Shown: piece after piece, positions 39,458 through 49,598 of the stretch | Layout of the letters: each line of letters opens with the position of its first letter | How positions within the stretch are numbered: the first letter of the stretch is position 1 | From: Candidatus Latescibacterota bacterium | GTDB lineage: Bacteria > Latescibacterota > UBA2968 > UBA8231 | NCBI GenBank assembly: GCA_965217585.1 | Contig: OZ244561.1 | Location: forward strand, 3,200,001 to 3,264,000 | Length of the DNA: 64,000 bases | Direction of reading: 5' to 3' | The notes under the pieces: model-generated | Database searches by the model: none | What the model saw: only the letters and a program-made list of their open reading frames with translations | Told to the model about the DNA's origin: nothing | Position numbers and translations under genes: made by a program

Positions 39458-40333
39458 ATGCTCGCCATTCGAGTTCTATCGCTTTGCCTTGCTATCACTT
39501 TCTTACCAGAAGTCGAAGCCCAAGCGGGATCCATGATAGACGGCTTGAAAATTCCCGAGTCTGGGTATATGCAAGTTGTCGAAACCAAAGATGGGGGGAT
39601 GCTCATTGGTCGCATTATCTCAATTGACGTCGATGTCGTCCAATTCGAGACCCGCTTCAGCAAGACGGAAATCCCCATCCGGGCAATAAAGAAAATCAGG
39701 AAAATCCCAGATTCCTCCATGCGGAACGAGGAATACTATCCCGATCTCAATACCACGCGGCTGTTTATAACCACAACGGCCCAGATAATGGAACGTGGGC
39801 AAGGCTATTATTCAAATCGCTACCTTTTCTTTAGCATGCTCGCATACGGAGTCACGGATAATTTCACTATTGGAGCGGGTGGTCTCACTCTACCTATCCC
39901 TCTTGCGGATATGCCCTTCTACATTACGCCCAAAGTAGGTCTGTTGAACAAAGAGTCGTTGGATCTGGCCTTGGGAGCGCTCATCTTGAGGGTGCCTGAT
40001 CCTGGTTTCTCGACGGGTATTCTATATGGAGTAGGGACTTTCGGCGGTCCCGAAGGCCTCACAGCGGGTTTGGGCTGGGGGTTTGTGAACGACAAAATAG
40101 AGAATACCCCCGCGATTGTGTTGGGAGGAAAAAGAAGGTGGACGCGAAGACTGTCAGCCGTCGCGGAGAGTTGGTTTTTCCCCAATTTCTACGACCAGCC
40201 CATGGTTATATATGGAATCCGCTTTTTGGGTTTAAGAATGACCGTGGATGTGGGTATGATCGCTGTGCCTTCCGAAGAGATAGTATTCCCGGGGTATCCC
40301 TACTTAGACTTTGTCTTCAACTTTGGCTATTAG
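39458..40333 (+). CDS. Secreted hypothetical protein, probable beta-barrel; paralog of 31916-32797
   Basis: Signal peptide, PDLNTTRL motif, C-terminal FVFNF. Confidence 0.72.
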   Translation: MLAIRVLSLCLAITFLPEVEAQAGSMIDGLKIPESGYMQVVETKDGGMLIGRIISIDVDVVQFETRFSKTEIPIRAIKKIRKIPDSSMRNEEYYPDLNTTRLFITTTAQIMERGQGYYSNRYLFFSMLAYGVTDNFTIGAGGLTLPIPLADMPFYITPKVGLLNKESLDLALGALILRVPDPGFSTGILYGVGTFGGPEGLTAGLGWGFVNDKIENTPAIVLGGKRRWTRRLSAVAESWFFPNFYDQPMVIYGIRFLGLRMTVDVGMIAVPSEEIVFPGYPYLDFVFNFGY

Positions 40334-40377
40334 CTTCATCAAGTACGAGTTGGGCACTCAGTCAGGTTAAGAATAGT

Positions 40378-40983
40378 ATGATTTCAGTGTACCAAATAAA
40401 ACCGAAGTTTCAGCAGTTGCTGAAACCACTACTAGGCATATTCCATAAAGTCGGTATTACGGCCAATGGCATTACATGGATGGCTATACTGTTGTCAACT
40501 GTGATCGGCGTACTGTTTTGGTTTTTTCCTAATGGTCATATGCTCTGGATCTTTGCGATTGGTTTACTAGTAAGAATGGCATTGAATGCCCTCGATGGGA
40601 TGATGGCCAAAACATATAGCATGACCAGCGTTTCGGGAGAAATATTGAATGAGCTAGGCGACGTTTTTTCTGACGCAGTACTGTTTTTTCCTCTGATAAA
40701 GCTGACAGGTGTGAATTCCTGGTGGGTGTTGTTGTTCATTTTTCTTTCTATGCTGAATGAGTTTATCGGGGTATTAGCAAAAGCGGCAACAGGAACGAGA
40801 AGATATGACGGCCCGATGGGAAAGAGTGATAGAGCATTAATTTTAGGGGTGACTTGTTTGCTGTTTTTCTTTTGGCCCGAAGTGATGGTAGCCTTCAATT
40901 ATATCTTTGCAGGAATGAGCGTTCTACTGTTGTTAAGTTCAATAATTCGAATAAAAAATGGATTGGCTCAAGTCGAGGGTTAA
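40378..40983 (+). CDS. CDP-alcohol phosphatidyltransferase (YnbA-like)
   Basis: ISVYQIKPKFQQLL, RMALNALDGMMA, NELGDVFSD, GPMGKSDRA; low GC. Confidence 0.9.
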   Translation: MISVYQIKPKFQQLLKPLLGIFHKVGITANGITWMAILLSTVIGVLFWFFPNGHMLWIFAIGLLVRMALNALDGMMAKTYSMTSVSGEILNELGDVFSDAVLFFPLIKLTGVNSWWVLLFIFLSMLNEFIGVLAKAATGTRRYDGPMGKSDRALILGVTCLLFFFWPEVMVAFNYIFAGMSVLLLLSSIIRIKNGLAQVEG

Positions 40984-40984
40984 T

Positions 40985-41932
40985 ATGAATGTATTTATAG
41001 AACAATGGGAAATGGCCTTGGTTATTGGGCTTATTTTCGGTCTTCTGGTTTTTGCGACGATCCTCTTTTGGATAATGGGAAAGGTAAAGCCGCAAGGCGA
41101 CTTTTCGGAATTAAAAATGAGGACCAGATCTTGGTGGCTAATGGCTACTATCTTTGTTTTGGCAACCATTTTACATCCTATCATTACCTTTGTTTCATTG
41201 GGATTGCTTTCCTTTTTTGCGTTGAGGGAATTATCCTCGATCAGTAAAAATGTAAGAGAAGCCGATCGTAGAGTATTGATCTGGTGTTTTTTGAGCATTC
41301 CAATCCAGTATTATTTAGCTTACATCGGTCACTATGGTCTGTTTCTTATCTTCATTCCTGTGTTTATGTATTTATGGATTCCTTTTATGTTGGTGATCAT
41401 TGGTGAAACAGAAGATATCAGTCGATCAATGAGCGTCCTGCCGACCCAATTGATGCTCACAGTATTTGGCGTTAGTCATTTGGCTTTTCTGGTTTCACTA
41501 CCGGATATTGATGGGTTTGATGCAGGAGGAAGAGCACTATTGTTATTCATTGTATTTATTACGGAGATGAACGACATTTTCCAGTTTACTTGGGGGAAGT
41601 TGCTGGGAAGATATAAGATTCTTCCCAAGGTGAGTCCAAATAAGACTTGGGAAGGACTGATAGGCGGAGTAATTACTACCGTGATTGTTGGATACTTTTT
41701 ACGCTTTTTGACCCCATTTTCTGAAATGGAGGTTCTAATCATTTGTGGCGTTATTGCTATTACCGGTTTCATTGGCGATGTGGTTGTTTCCGCTATTAAG
41801 AGAGATATCGGCCTTAAGGATACAGGGAGTACAATTCCCGGACATGGAGGGATTTTAGACAGAATAGATTCACTGGCGCTTACCGGACCCGTTTTCTTCC
41901 ACATTGTATACAATATGTATTACGTGTTATGA
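40985..41932 (+). CDS. Phosphatidate cytidylyltransferase (YnbB-like)
   Basis: RSWW, SPNKTWEG, KRDIGLKD..IPGHGGILDRIDS; low GC. Confidence 0.92.
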   Translation: MNVFIEQWEMALVIGLIFGLLVFATILFWIMGKVKPQGDFSELKMRTRSWWLMATIFVLATILHPIITFVSLGLLSFFALRELSSISKNVREADRRVLIWCFLSIPIQYYLAYIGHYGLFLIFIPVFMYLWIPFMLVIIGETEDISRSMSVLPTQLMLTVFGVSHLAFLVSLPDIDGFDAGGRALLLFIVFITEMNDIFQFTWGKLLGRYKILPKVSPNKTWEGLIGGVITTVIVGYFLRFLTPFSEMEVLIICGVIAITGFIGDVVVSAIKRDIGLKDTGSTIPGHGGILDRIDSLALTGPVFFHIVYNMYYVL

Positions 41933-41983
41933 CCAGCGAGCAGTGGATGATCTCGCAAATTTGAAACGTACCGGAGTTCTCTA

Positions 41984-44686
41984 ATGATATTTTCCAAGCA
42001 GAACGCTGTTTTACTCTCGTTGGTGCTCGCTCTTTCTGTTTCGACAGAATCGATACCTCAAGAGGAATTACCTCCTCCAGGTCACAGGATTCACCGATCT
42101 ATTCCTCCACAGGGTGCCAAGACCCACGTGGTGATTCCAGGGGAACGGTTTCGCGCCAGCGGGTTTAAACGCTGGCTCTACGGCAGCGATTACCGGGACC
42201 TCTGGACCACCCCTATCGAGGTTGCGGTCCTCGACCTCGGCCGTGTAGGAGGTGGCTTGACCCCGCTTCGCACCGGCGGGTTTGGACAGTCCATCTCTCT
42301 GCACTTTACGGGGGAAGATGGCCGCCGCTATACGGTTCGCTCCTTGGATAAAGATCCTACCAAAAGGATATGGGACGAACTTAAGAATACGGTCGTGGAC
42401 GACGTCCTGCAGGACATGATCAGCGCACTTCTACCCACAGCGGGGCTCGTGGTCGATCCGCTGATGGAAGCTACTGGTATCCTCCATGCCAAGCATACAC
42501 TCGTAGTTATTCCAGACGATCCCAGGCTGAAGGATTACCGCGAGGAATTTGCCGGTCTTATAGGCATGCTGCAGGAACATTCTTCTGAAGGGCCGGACGA
42601 TACGCCCGGCTTTGCCGGTTCCCGTAAGATCAGCGGGACGGAGAAGCTGTGGGAGCACTTAGAAAAAACGCCCTGCAACCGCGTCGATGCCCGTGCCTAT
42701 CTAAAGGCGAGACTGATGGATTTTCTCATCAACGACAAGGATCGCCATTACGGCCAGTGGCGATGGGCGCGGTTCCCCGCTGGCGATTGTCATACCTGGG
42801 TTCCAATACCAGAGGATCGCGACCAAGCCTTTATCGACTTCGACGGGTTTGCCATGGCCGTGGCGCGTAGAGGGCTCCCTAGGCAAATCGAGTTCAACGA
42901 CGCGTATCCGAGTCTGGTGGGCCTTTCGATTACGGGTTGGGAGATGGATCGCGAGTTCCTAGTCGAACTGGATAAGACGGTATGGGATTCGGTCGTAACG
43001 GAATTTCACCGGGATCTACCAGACCCGGTCATTGAGGATGCCGTGCGGAAGCTCCCACCGCCGTATTACAAGATCGTTGGGGAAGCGCTTGCCAAGGCAC
43101 TCAAAGCAAGGCGGGACGCATTGCCTAAGTTTGTCAGCCGATACTATGCGTTGATCACCCGCGAGGCCGAAATCCAAGCGACCGATCAGGACGAGTACGC
43201 CCACTGTGAACACCTGCCGAGTGGCGATCTCTTGGTCCGCATCGGTCTAATGGAAGGTCCTGATGGTGGAGCGAGGGAGACGCCCTATTTTCAGCGGACG
43301 TTCCACCCCCAAGAAACCCGGGAAGTCCGCCTATACCTCCGGGGGGGAGCCGACCATGCGGAGATATCAGGGGCCAAGGGACGGATTGCCGTCCGCATCG
43401 ACGGCGGCGGTGGGGACGACACATTCACAAACACATCCCAAGCTAGTGCCGTAAAGACCCGGTTTTATGATTATCGTGGGGAAAATCGGTTCGCCAAAGG
43501 CCAGGGAGCGAAAATCGACGAGCGCCCCTACAAGCGTCCCCCCGCACCCATTCTCCGCGCACGGTATGCACTGGACTGGGGCCTACAGACGATGACTTTC
43601 CCGATTCTTATGGCCAATCCAGATCTGGGTCTGTTCGTAGGCGGTTTCGGTAGCCGGCAGTATTTCGGCTATCGAAAAAACCCTTTCTCTTCGCGTCATT
43701 CCTTCAACGCTGGGCTGGCGAGCCATCGTCTCAAGGCATCTGTTTCCTATACCGGGACCTTCCGCCAACTGCTGCTCGATCTCGACGCGAGAATCCATCT
43801 CAAATACTCCGGCATCCAAGTGATCCGGTTCAACGGGTTCGGTAACACGACGGAGATTCTGGGTCCATCTTCTTTCTATGAGGTGGAGCAAAATCACTTC
43901 GCTTTCGCCCCATCCTTTGAGTTTCGAGCGGAAGAAAATGAAGGACATACGGAAGGTATGGGATCGCTGCGCTCGGCATTAACCATTGGCTTGGGGCCGA
44001 TCATCAAGTATTCAGACACGCCGCTAGGTTCCAATAAGGACAAGTTTATCGGCCATCACCCAGAGTACTACTACGGCACGGATTCCTTCGGCCAAGTAGG
44101 AGCACAGGGCGAAATCGCGTACGACACGCGTAACAATTCAGGATATGCCACTCGGGGAGTTTTAGTCAGGATTGCCGGAGCCGTCTATCCGGGCGTTTGG
44201 GATGTGGAGTCGGCCTTTGGCACCATAGATGGAGAAGCACGCACTTATATGACGGCGCGTATTCCAACTAGCCCGACCCTTGCCTTGCGAGCGGGCGGCA
44301 AGAAAGTGTGGGGAACCTTTCCCTTTCACGAGAGCGCCTTTCTGGGAGGGCCTGGCTTAACCGGCAGCGATGTATCCAACGGCAGTTTACGCGGTTTTCG
44401 GAAAAACCGGTTCGCCGGAGATACCGCACTGTATGGCAATTCCGAACTGCGGCTGGTGCTGGCGAAAATCAAGCTTTTGGTGCCGGGAGAGTTGGGCTTG
44501 TTCAGTGCGGCTGACGCCGGCCGAGTGATTTTTGCCGAAGATCCAGACGATGCCGATACATGGCACACCGGGGTTGGAGGTGGATTGTGGCTGTCTTTTC
44601 TCCAGCGTCGGCAGACCTTGAGCATAGCAGTCGTACAAGGCGATGACTTGACGGGAGTGTATCTGCGCGCTGGTCTCACGTTCTAG
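41984..44686 (+). CDS. Omp85/BamA-TamA family barrel with N-terminal kinase-like domain
   Basis: Signal peptide; GGFGQS, DKDRHYGQW and PEDRD motifs; barrel LRGFRKNRFAG loop and terminal Phe. Confidence 0.75.
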   Translation: MIFSKQNAVLLSLVLALSVSTESIPQEELPPPGHRIHRSIPPQGAKTHVVIPGERFRASGFKRWLYGSDYRDLWTTPIEVAVLDLGRVGGGLTPLRTGGFGQSISLHFTGEDGRRYTVRSLDKDPTKRIWDELKNTVVDDVLQDMISALLPTAGLVVDPLMEATGILHAKHTLVVIPDDPRLKDYREEFAGLIGMLQEHSSEGPDDTPGFAGSRKISGTEKLWEHLEKTPCNRVDARAYLKARLMDFLINDKDRHYGQWRWARFPAGDCHTWVPIPEDRDQAFIDFDGFAMAVARRGLPRQIEFNDAYPSLVGLSITGWEMDREFLVELDKTVWDSVVTEFHRDLPDPVIEDAVRKLPPPYYKIVGEALAKALKARRDALPKFVSRYYALITREAEIQATDQDEYAHCEHLPSGDLLVRIGLMEGPDGGARETPYFQRTFHPQETREVRLYLRGGADHAEISGAKGRIAVRIDGGGGDDTFTNTSQASAVKTRFYDYRGENRFAKGQGAKIDERPYKRPPAPILRARYALDWGLQTMTFPILMANPDLGLFVGGFGSRQYFGYRKNPFSSRHSFNAGLASHRLKASVSYTGTFRQLLLDLDARIHLKYSGIQVIRFNGFGNTTEILGPSSFYEVEQNHFAFAPSFEFRAEENEGHTEGMGSLRSALTIGLGPIIKYSDTPLGSNKDKFIGHHPEYYYGTDSFGQVGAQGEIAYDTRNNSGYATRGVLVRIAGAVYPGVWDVESAFGTIDGEARTYMTARIPTSPTLALRAGGKKVWGTFPFHESAFLGGPGLTGSDVSNGSLRGFRKNRFAGDTALYGNSELRLVLAKIKLLVPGELGLFSAADAGRVIFAEDPDDADTWHTGVGGGLWLSFLQRRQTLSIAVVQGDDLTGVYLRAGLTF

Positions 44687-44706
44687 CCAATGAAGGAGGA
44701 TACATA

Positions 44707-45642
44707 ATGCTCAACAACATCATCATACGTCTCGTCATGTACTATGCCGCATGGCTTTTAGCGCTCAGCGGGACTTTTCACCTCTTTCCCCAAATTCTCT
44801 ATCACGTCGCCCAAGAGCGCGAACGCATCGCCGTAGGGAAATCTTTGGAAACCGGGGCTGATGCGGCCATTCCACTTGGGAATATCGAAGAAGGAGTGTT
44901 CCGGCTTGCCGATCCGTCGCACACCATTCCAGTCATACTCGCTTTAGTGCTGGCCTTCGGAGTTACGCTCCCCATTACTTGGGTCTATCGCTGGACGCGG
45001 CCGCGCAAGAAATACAGTCAATCCTTTGCCCATACGTTGCTCGTGATACCTATCTCCATAGCGCTAGTTGTTTTTTTAGTCAAAGGTAGTCTTGCCCTTG
45101 CGTTCAGCTTGGCAGGCATTGTGGCCGCTGTGCGCTTTCGCACCTCACTCGAAGAGACGATGGATGCCGTGTACATGTTTATGGCCATCGGCATAGGGCT
45201 GGCGGCTGGCACCCAGCTTACTACAGTGGCGTACCTCGCATCGTTGATTTTCGTCATCATATCGCTGGGCGTGTGGAAAAGCAATTTTGGCGCGCAGCCG
45301 GCCGTGCTATCCGGCTGGAGCATTGTTAATCCTGAAAAATCGACTCAAGCCTCTGAAGAAAAGGCCGTTGCCACCGAAAAACCCTATAATGCCCAGATCG
45401 AAGTGCATACTACTAAGGCCGATGCGGCTCAAAAAGCAACAGCTCCGATCCTGAAATCCAGTACCAAACGGTGGCAGGTGGCAAATGTGATCAAGAATGC
45501 GGATGGAACGGCCGTCGTCGTGTTTGATGTTTGGTTGAAAAAATCGGTCGATTCGCCCTCCTTAGTACGGGATATTGAAGCAAGCGGAAAAGGCCATATC
45601 AGTAGCGTAATAGTGAAAAAGCAAGACCTCGTAACGGCATAA
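44707..45642 (+). CDS. DUF4956 membrane protein
   Basis: SLALAFSLAGIVAAVRFR and AIGIGLAAG motifs. Confidence 0.85.
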   Translation: MLNNIIIRLVMYYAAWLLALSGTFHLFPQILYHVAQERERIAVGKSLETGADAAIPLGNIEEGVFRLADPSHTIPVILALVLAFGVTLPITWVYRWTRPRKKYSQSFAHTLLVIPISIALVVFLVKGSLALAFSLAGIVAAVRFRTSLEETMDAVYMFMAIGIGLAAGTQLTTVAYLASLIFVIISLGVWKSNFGAQPAVLSGWSIVNPEKSTQASEEKAVATEKPYNAQIEVHTTKADAAQKATAPILKSSTKRWQVANVIKNADGTAVVVFDVWLKKSVDSPSLVRDIEASGKGHISSVIVKKQDLVTA

Positions 45643-45648
45643 TTGCAC

Positions 45649-46620
45649 ATGCAGAATCGCGGCAATAAAGTCCTGCTGGGATTCCTTGGTTTGGGCCTGT
45701 TTGTCTATCTGTTGTCGATGAGCTATGAAGAGAACGCATCGGCGGATTTAGGGGAAGATTCGTCAAACATAGCCCCAGATACGTCGATCGTCCGCCCTTT
45801 GCCAGACACGATGGCGGTAGTACAAAGGAACATATCGCTCGCAAGCTATAGCCTAGCAGCAGAGACGGCGACGCACTGGAAGCTGCCCAGACGTCTTGCG
45901 GAGATTTCTGGTTTGGCCATGACCACGGACAATCGACTCCTAGCGCACAATGATGAAAAAGGAGTCGTTTATGAGATCGATTATCGGAGTGGGTCCATCG
46001 TAAAAGCATTCCAACTAGCGGATATGGCAGCTCCGGTAGCCGATGATTTCGAGGGCATTGCGACCGTTGACGATCAGATCTATTTGGTCACAAGTGCGGG
46101 GAGACTGTACGAGTGCGGTGAAGGTGCTGATGGCGAGTCCGTTCTTTTTAACACCTATGCTACCGGCGTCGGCAGAGAGTGCGAAATAGAGGGTCTAGCG
46201 TATGACGAGAGCCAGCGGGCACTCGTACTGATGTGCAAGAACCCTCGAAGGGCAGATCTAGAAGAACAGTTGGGAATATATCATTGGTCGATTGACGAGA
46301 AGCAGCTAATCGAAGATGCACATACCGTAATACCTGTCATTGAATTCTCGCGGCACATCGGAGGAAAGAAATTCCAGCCCTCTGGCATCGAGCGACATCC
46401 GGTGTCGGGAAACTACTTTGTCGTAGCGGCTCGTCAGGGGGCCATCGCGGAGCTTACGCCGGGCGGTCAGGTCGTTGCCGCCAAGCTGTTTCCTGCCCAG
46501 TGGCATCGTCAGGCGGAAGGGATCACCTTCGCTGCGGACGGCGCGCTGATCGTTGCCGATGAGGGAGCAGGGGGGAAAGCAAGACTAACCCTCTACCCGG
46601 TCTCGGGCAGTCGGCAATAG
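45649..46620 (+). CDS. SdiA-regulated/phytase-like beta-propeller protein
   Basis: EISGLA, HNDE, DFEGIA, IEGLAY, QPSGI, QAEGITF, VADEG blade repeats; N-terminal anchor. Confidence 0.8.
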   Translation: MQNRGNKVLLGFLGLGLFVYLLSMSYEENASADLGEDSSNIAPDTSIVRPLPDTMAVVQRNISLASYSLAAETATHWKLPRRLAEISGLAMTTDNRLLAHNDEKGVVYEIDYRSGSIVKAFQLADMAAPVADDFEGIATVDDQIYLVTSAGRLYECGEGADGESVLFNTYATGVGRECEIEGLAYDESQRALVLMCKNPRRADLEEQLGIYHWSIDEKQLIEDAHTVIPVIEFSRHIGGKKFQPSGIERHPVSGNYFVVAARQGAIAELTPGGQVVAAKLFPAQWHRQAEGITFAADGALIVADEGAGGKARLTLYPVSGSRQ

Positions 46621-46719
46621 CAACAACTCTACCTTTGCCGCTAGCACCCTTGCGGCAGGCACCGCCCGATCCTACCATACTCTCTATCTAACTTTAACCG
46701 TACTCCCAGATCAGCGACT

Positions 46720-47997
46720 ATGCCCCCAGGCGAAGCCAACTACGACGAAACCAAAGTCCCTCCGTACGCGCTGCCCGACCCGTTGACTCTGGCCAGCGGC
46801 GAACCCGTGGCCGACGCGGCTACTTGGACCGAGGTGCGCCGCCCGGAAATTCTTCAACTCTTCAAAACGCATGTCTTCGGCGAGATGCTCGGTTCCCTAC
46901 CCGCTACCCGTTTCGTCACCACCGAAGAGGGCGAGGCTCTTTCCGGCCGGGCCCTGAGACGCCAAGTCCGCGCGTGCTTCACCGATGACCATAACGGCCC
47001 GAACATGGATATCCTGCTCTATCGCCCCGCCGATGCTGCTGGCCCGGTGCCGGTCTTCTTGGGCCTCAACTTCTTTGGCAATCACTCCATCCAACGCGAT
47101 TTTGCGATCCACCTCAACACCCGCTGGATGCGCGCCGAGGCGCAAAACGGCATCGTCGATCACCGCGCCACCTTCAACTCGCGCGGCTGCCTAGAAAGAC
47201 GCTGGCCCGTCGCCAAAATCATCGCGCGCGGCTACGGCTTGGCCACCATGTACTGCGGCGACCTCGACCCCGACTACGACGACGGCTACCACAACGGCGT
47301 CCACCCGCTCTTCTACCAAGAGGGGCAAAAACGGCCCGTTCCCGACGAATGGGGGGCTATTGGCGCTTGGGCGTGGGGCTTGAGCCGCGCCGTGGATTAT
47401 CTGCAAGCTGATCCGGACTGCGACCACGAGAAGGTCGCCGTGCTCGGCCACTCGCGGCTGGGCAAGACCGCGCTATGGGCCGGGGCCTGCGACCTGCGCT
47501 TTGCCTTGGTCATTTCCAATGATTCCGGCTGCGGTGGGGCGGCCCTCTCGCGGCGGCGCTACGGCGAGACTGTCGCGCATATCAACCGCGCGTTCCCGCA
47601 CTGGTTCTGCGACAATTTCAGACGCTATAACGATGCCGAAGACGAGTTGCCCGTAGATCAGCATCAACTCTTGGCACTTTGCGCGCCGCGTCCTCTCTAC
47701 GTAGCCAGTGCCGTCGAGGACCGCTGGGCCGACCCGCGCGGCGAATTCCTCGCTGCCCTCGCCGCCGATCCCGTCTATCGCCTGCTTGGAACCGACGGCT
47801 TGCCGGCCACGCAGATGCCTGCCGTCGATCAGCCGGTCATGGGCCAGATTGGCTACCACATCCGTAGCGGCGGCCACGACCTCGCCGAGTGCGATTGGGA
47901 GCAGTACTTGGACTTTGCCGACCGCCACTTGGGGAGCCCACGAGGGGTGCCCCTACGTAGCGAAAAACGCTCAATGCAGGTTTTGAGAAAGTTTTAG
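46720..47997 (+). CDS. CE15 glucuronoyl esterase-like alpha/beta hydrolase
   Basis: [40 protein letters not shown]. Confidence 0.9.
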   Translation: MPPGEANYDETKVPPYALPDPLTLASGEPVADAATWTEVRRPEILQLFKTHVFGEMLGSLPATRFVTTEEGEALSGRALRRQVRACFTDDHNGPNMDILLYRPADAAGPVPVFLGLNFFGNHSIQRDFAIHLNTRWMRAEAQNGIVDHRATFNSRGCLERRWPVAKIIARGYGLATMYCGDLDPDYDDGYHNGVHPLFYQEGQKRPVPDEWGAIGAWAWGLSRAVDYLQADPDCDHEKVAVLGHSRLGKTALWAGACDLRFALVISNDSGCGGAALSRRRYGETVAHINRAFPHWFCDNFRRYNDAEDELPVDQHQLLALCAPRPLYVASAVEDRWADPRGEFLAALAADPVYRLLGTDGLPATQMPAVDQPVMGQIGYHIRSGGHDLAECDWEQYLDFADRHLGSPRGVPLRSEKRSMQVLRKF

Positions 47998-48104
47998 ATG
48001 TGCAAATAATCTATCCGCGTAGTTGACCTCCGTATCTCGTACAATCCTCCCAAAACCGCGGCCCGCCACCCCTTTTGGAACCAGAGTGCGCCGCGCTCGT
48101 TGCC
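47948..48104 (+). pseudogene. Diverged duplicate of the upstream region and 5' end of the enolase-family gene (57761-57918)
   Basis: About 80% identity by eye, with small indels; begins at a CCCCTAC REP-like half site. Confidence 0.88.
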
Positions 48105-48174
48105 ATAGATGAGACGGCATATACTACATTTACTATATTCACCCCATATTCACCCTCCACTATGAGGAGATTCG

Positions 48175-48381
48175 ATGATGCAATCGAAGGAATTTGGAAG
48201 ACCGAGTTCGCGTGACCAGCGGGTGCGAGGACTGCGGCGAATTCAGGTATGGGTCCCCGAAACCCGGAGCGAGAAGTTCCGGGCTGAGGCCCATTGCCAG
48301 TCGCTCGCAGTGGCGCAAAGCGAGGGCGAACGCGAGGATCAGACCTTCATCGAAGAGATCTCAGACCACGACCTAACATGA
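48175..48381 (+). CDS. MazE-like (DUF3018) antitoxin
   Basis: GLRRIQVWVPETRSEKFRAEAHCQS; ATGA overlap with the toxin. Confidence 0.85.
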   Translation: MMQSKEFGRPSSRDQRVRGLRRIQVWVPETRSEKFRAEAHCQSLAVAQSEGEREDQTFIEEISDHDLT

Positions 48382-48737
48382 AGCGCGGCGAAATTTGGAC
48401 GGTTTCAGCTACCGGCTACGCTGGTAAACCGCGTCCTGCCGTCGTCGTCCAAAGCGATCATTTCGACGCCACCGCGTCGGTGACGATCTGCGTTTTCACT
48501 ACCAACGAAACAGAAGCTCCTCTATTCCGCCTGCCGATCGGCCCAAGCGAGCGCAACGGCCTGCGCTCTGTCTCGCGGCTAATGGTAGATAAGATGACCA
48601 CGGTGTCCAGAGAACGGTTGGGGAGGCGGATCGGCTATCTCGAAGACGCCGATATCGTCCGCTTAAATCGGGCACTCTTGGTATTTCTCGGCTTGATCGC
48701 CGATGACGCGGAGGAAGATGGCACCGACAATAGTTAG
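48378..48737 (+). CDS. mazF: MazF/PemK toxin
   Basis: MKRGEIWTV, GKPRPAVVVQ, NGLR..S.LMVDK. Confidence 0.92.
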   Translation: MKRGEIWTVSATGYAGKPRPAVVVQSDHFDATASVTICVFTTNETEAPLFRLPIGPSERNGLRSVSRLMVDKMTTVSRERLGRRIGYLEDADIVRLNRALLVFLGLIADDAEEDGTDNS

Positions 48738-48790
48738 GTACCGATGGCTTGCCACCGCGCAAATGCCCGCGGTTGAGCAGCCGGAAAATT

Positions 48791-49485
48791 TCACCCGCCG
48801 CCTTCACGGCCTTCATGACTTTCACCGCTTTCGCCGCCTTCACCGCCTTCACCGCCTTCACCCCTGCCTTCGCCACTTGGGCAGTTGCAGTCAAACACCT
48901 CCGGATGGATCTCCCAGGCGTCGAAAGCTACTCCCGCCGCCAGCGGCTCGTCGTCGACCAACAGTTCAGTGATCGCACTGGCACCCGGTGCTAAATCGCC
49001 GACTGGGAACGGTCCCAACTCGACGACCGTGCGCGTGCCCTGCTTGAGGTTGAGTTCGATCTGGACGGAGCAGGCGGTCAGCGCCATCGCGTTCTCGACG
49101 ATGCCCGAGAACGAGCGCCTGACCGGGTCATAGGACATGGCCACGCGCAGGCCGTTGACGACGCCGTCAAACGACTCGTCGAGCGCGAGGATCGGACTCG
49201 ATGGATCGCCTTCACCGCCTTCACCGCCTTCGGCATGGCCGCTAGTCTCATTACCCTCGCCTTCACCACCTTCGCCACCCTCACCACCTTCACCGCCTCC
49301 GTGTTCGCCAGCGCCGACCTCCGCATGGGGTGACCAGCCAGCAAAAGCCTGACCACCGACAGGCAGGGAAACGTATAGCTTCTCACCTGGCGTGAGGCTC
49401 CTCGGCCAAGTGGGTCCCAACTCCGCGATGATCGCGCCGGACTCGTCGGACAGATGCACTTCCACCCGCACCCGGAGTAAAGTTT
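48791..49485 (-). pseudogene. 5'-truncated repeat protein with beta-sandwich (FxLYD-like) modules and GEGGEG linkers
   Basis: Two similar modules (RVRVEVHL..ELGP..L.PG..W..H.EV) with Gly/Glu linkers; cut at the IS terminal repeat. Confidence 0.65.
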
Positions 49486-49598
49486 GGGAATTATATACCT
49501 GAGTAACCAAAACACCTCCTTTTGTGGTATAACCGCGAGATGGAGTCATCTAGGCTTCACTCTCTTCGCGGCTTATCCCACGTACAGGAGGTGTTTTT

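Noticed and set aside
48795-49300. CRISPR-like short repeats
   Set aside because: These are 9-bp coding repeats for GEG linkers, with no spacers and no cas genes.
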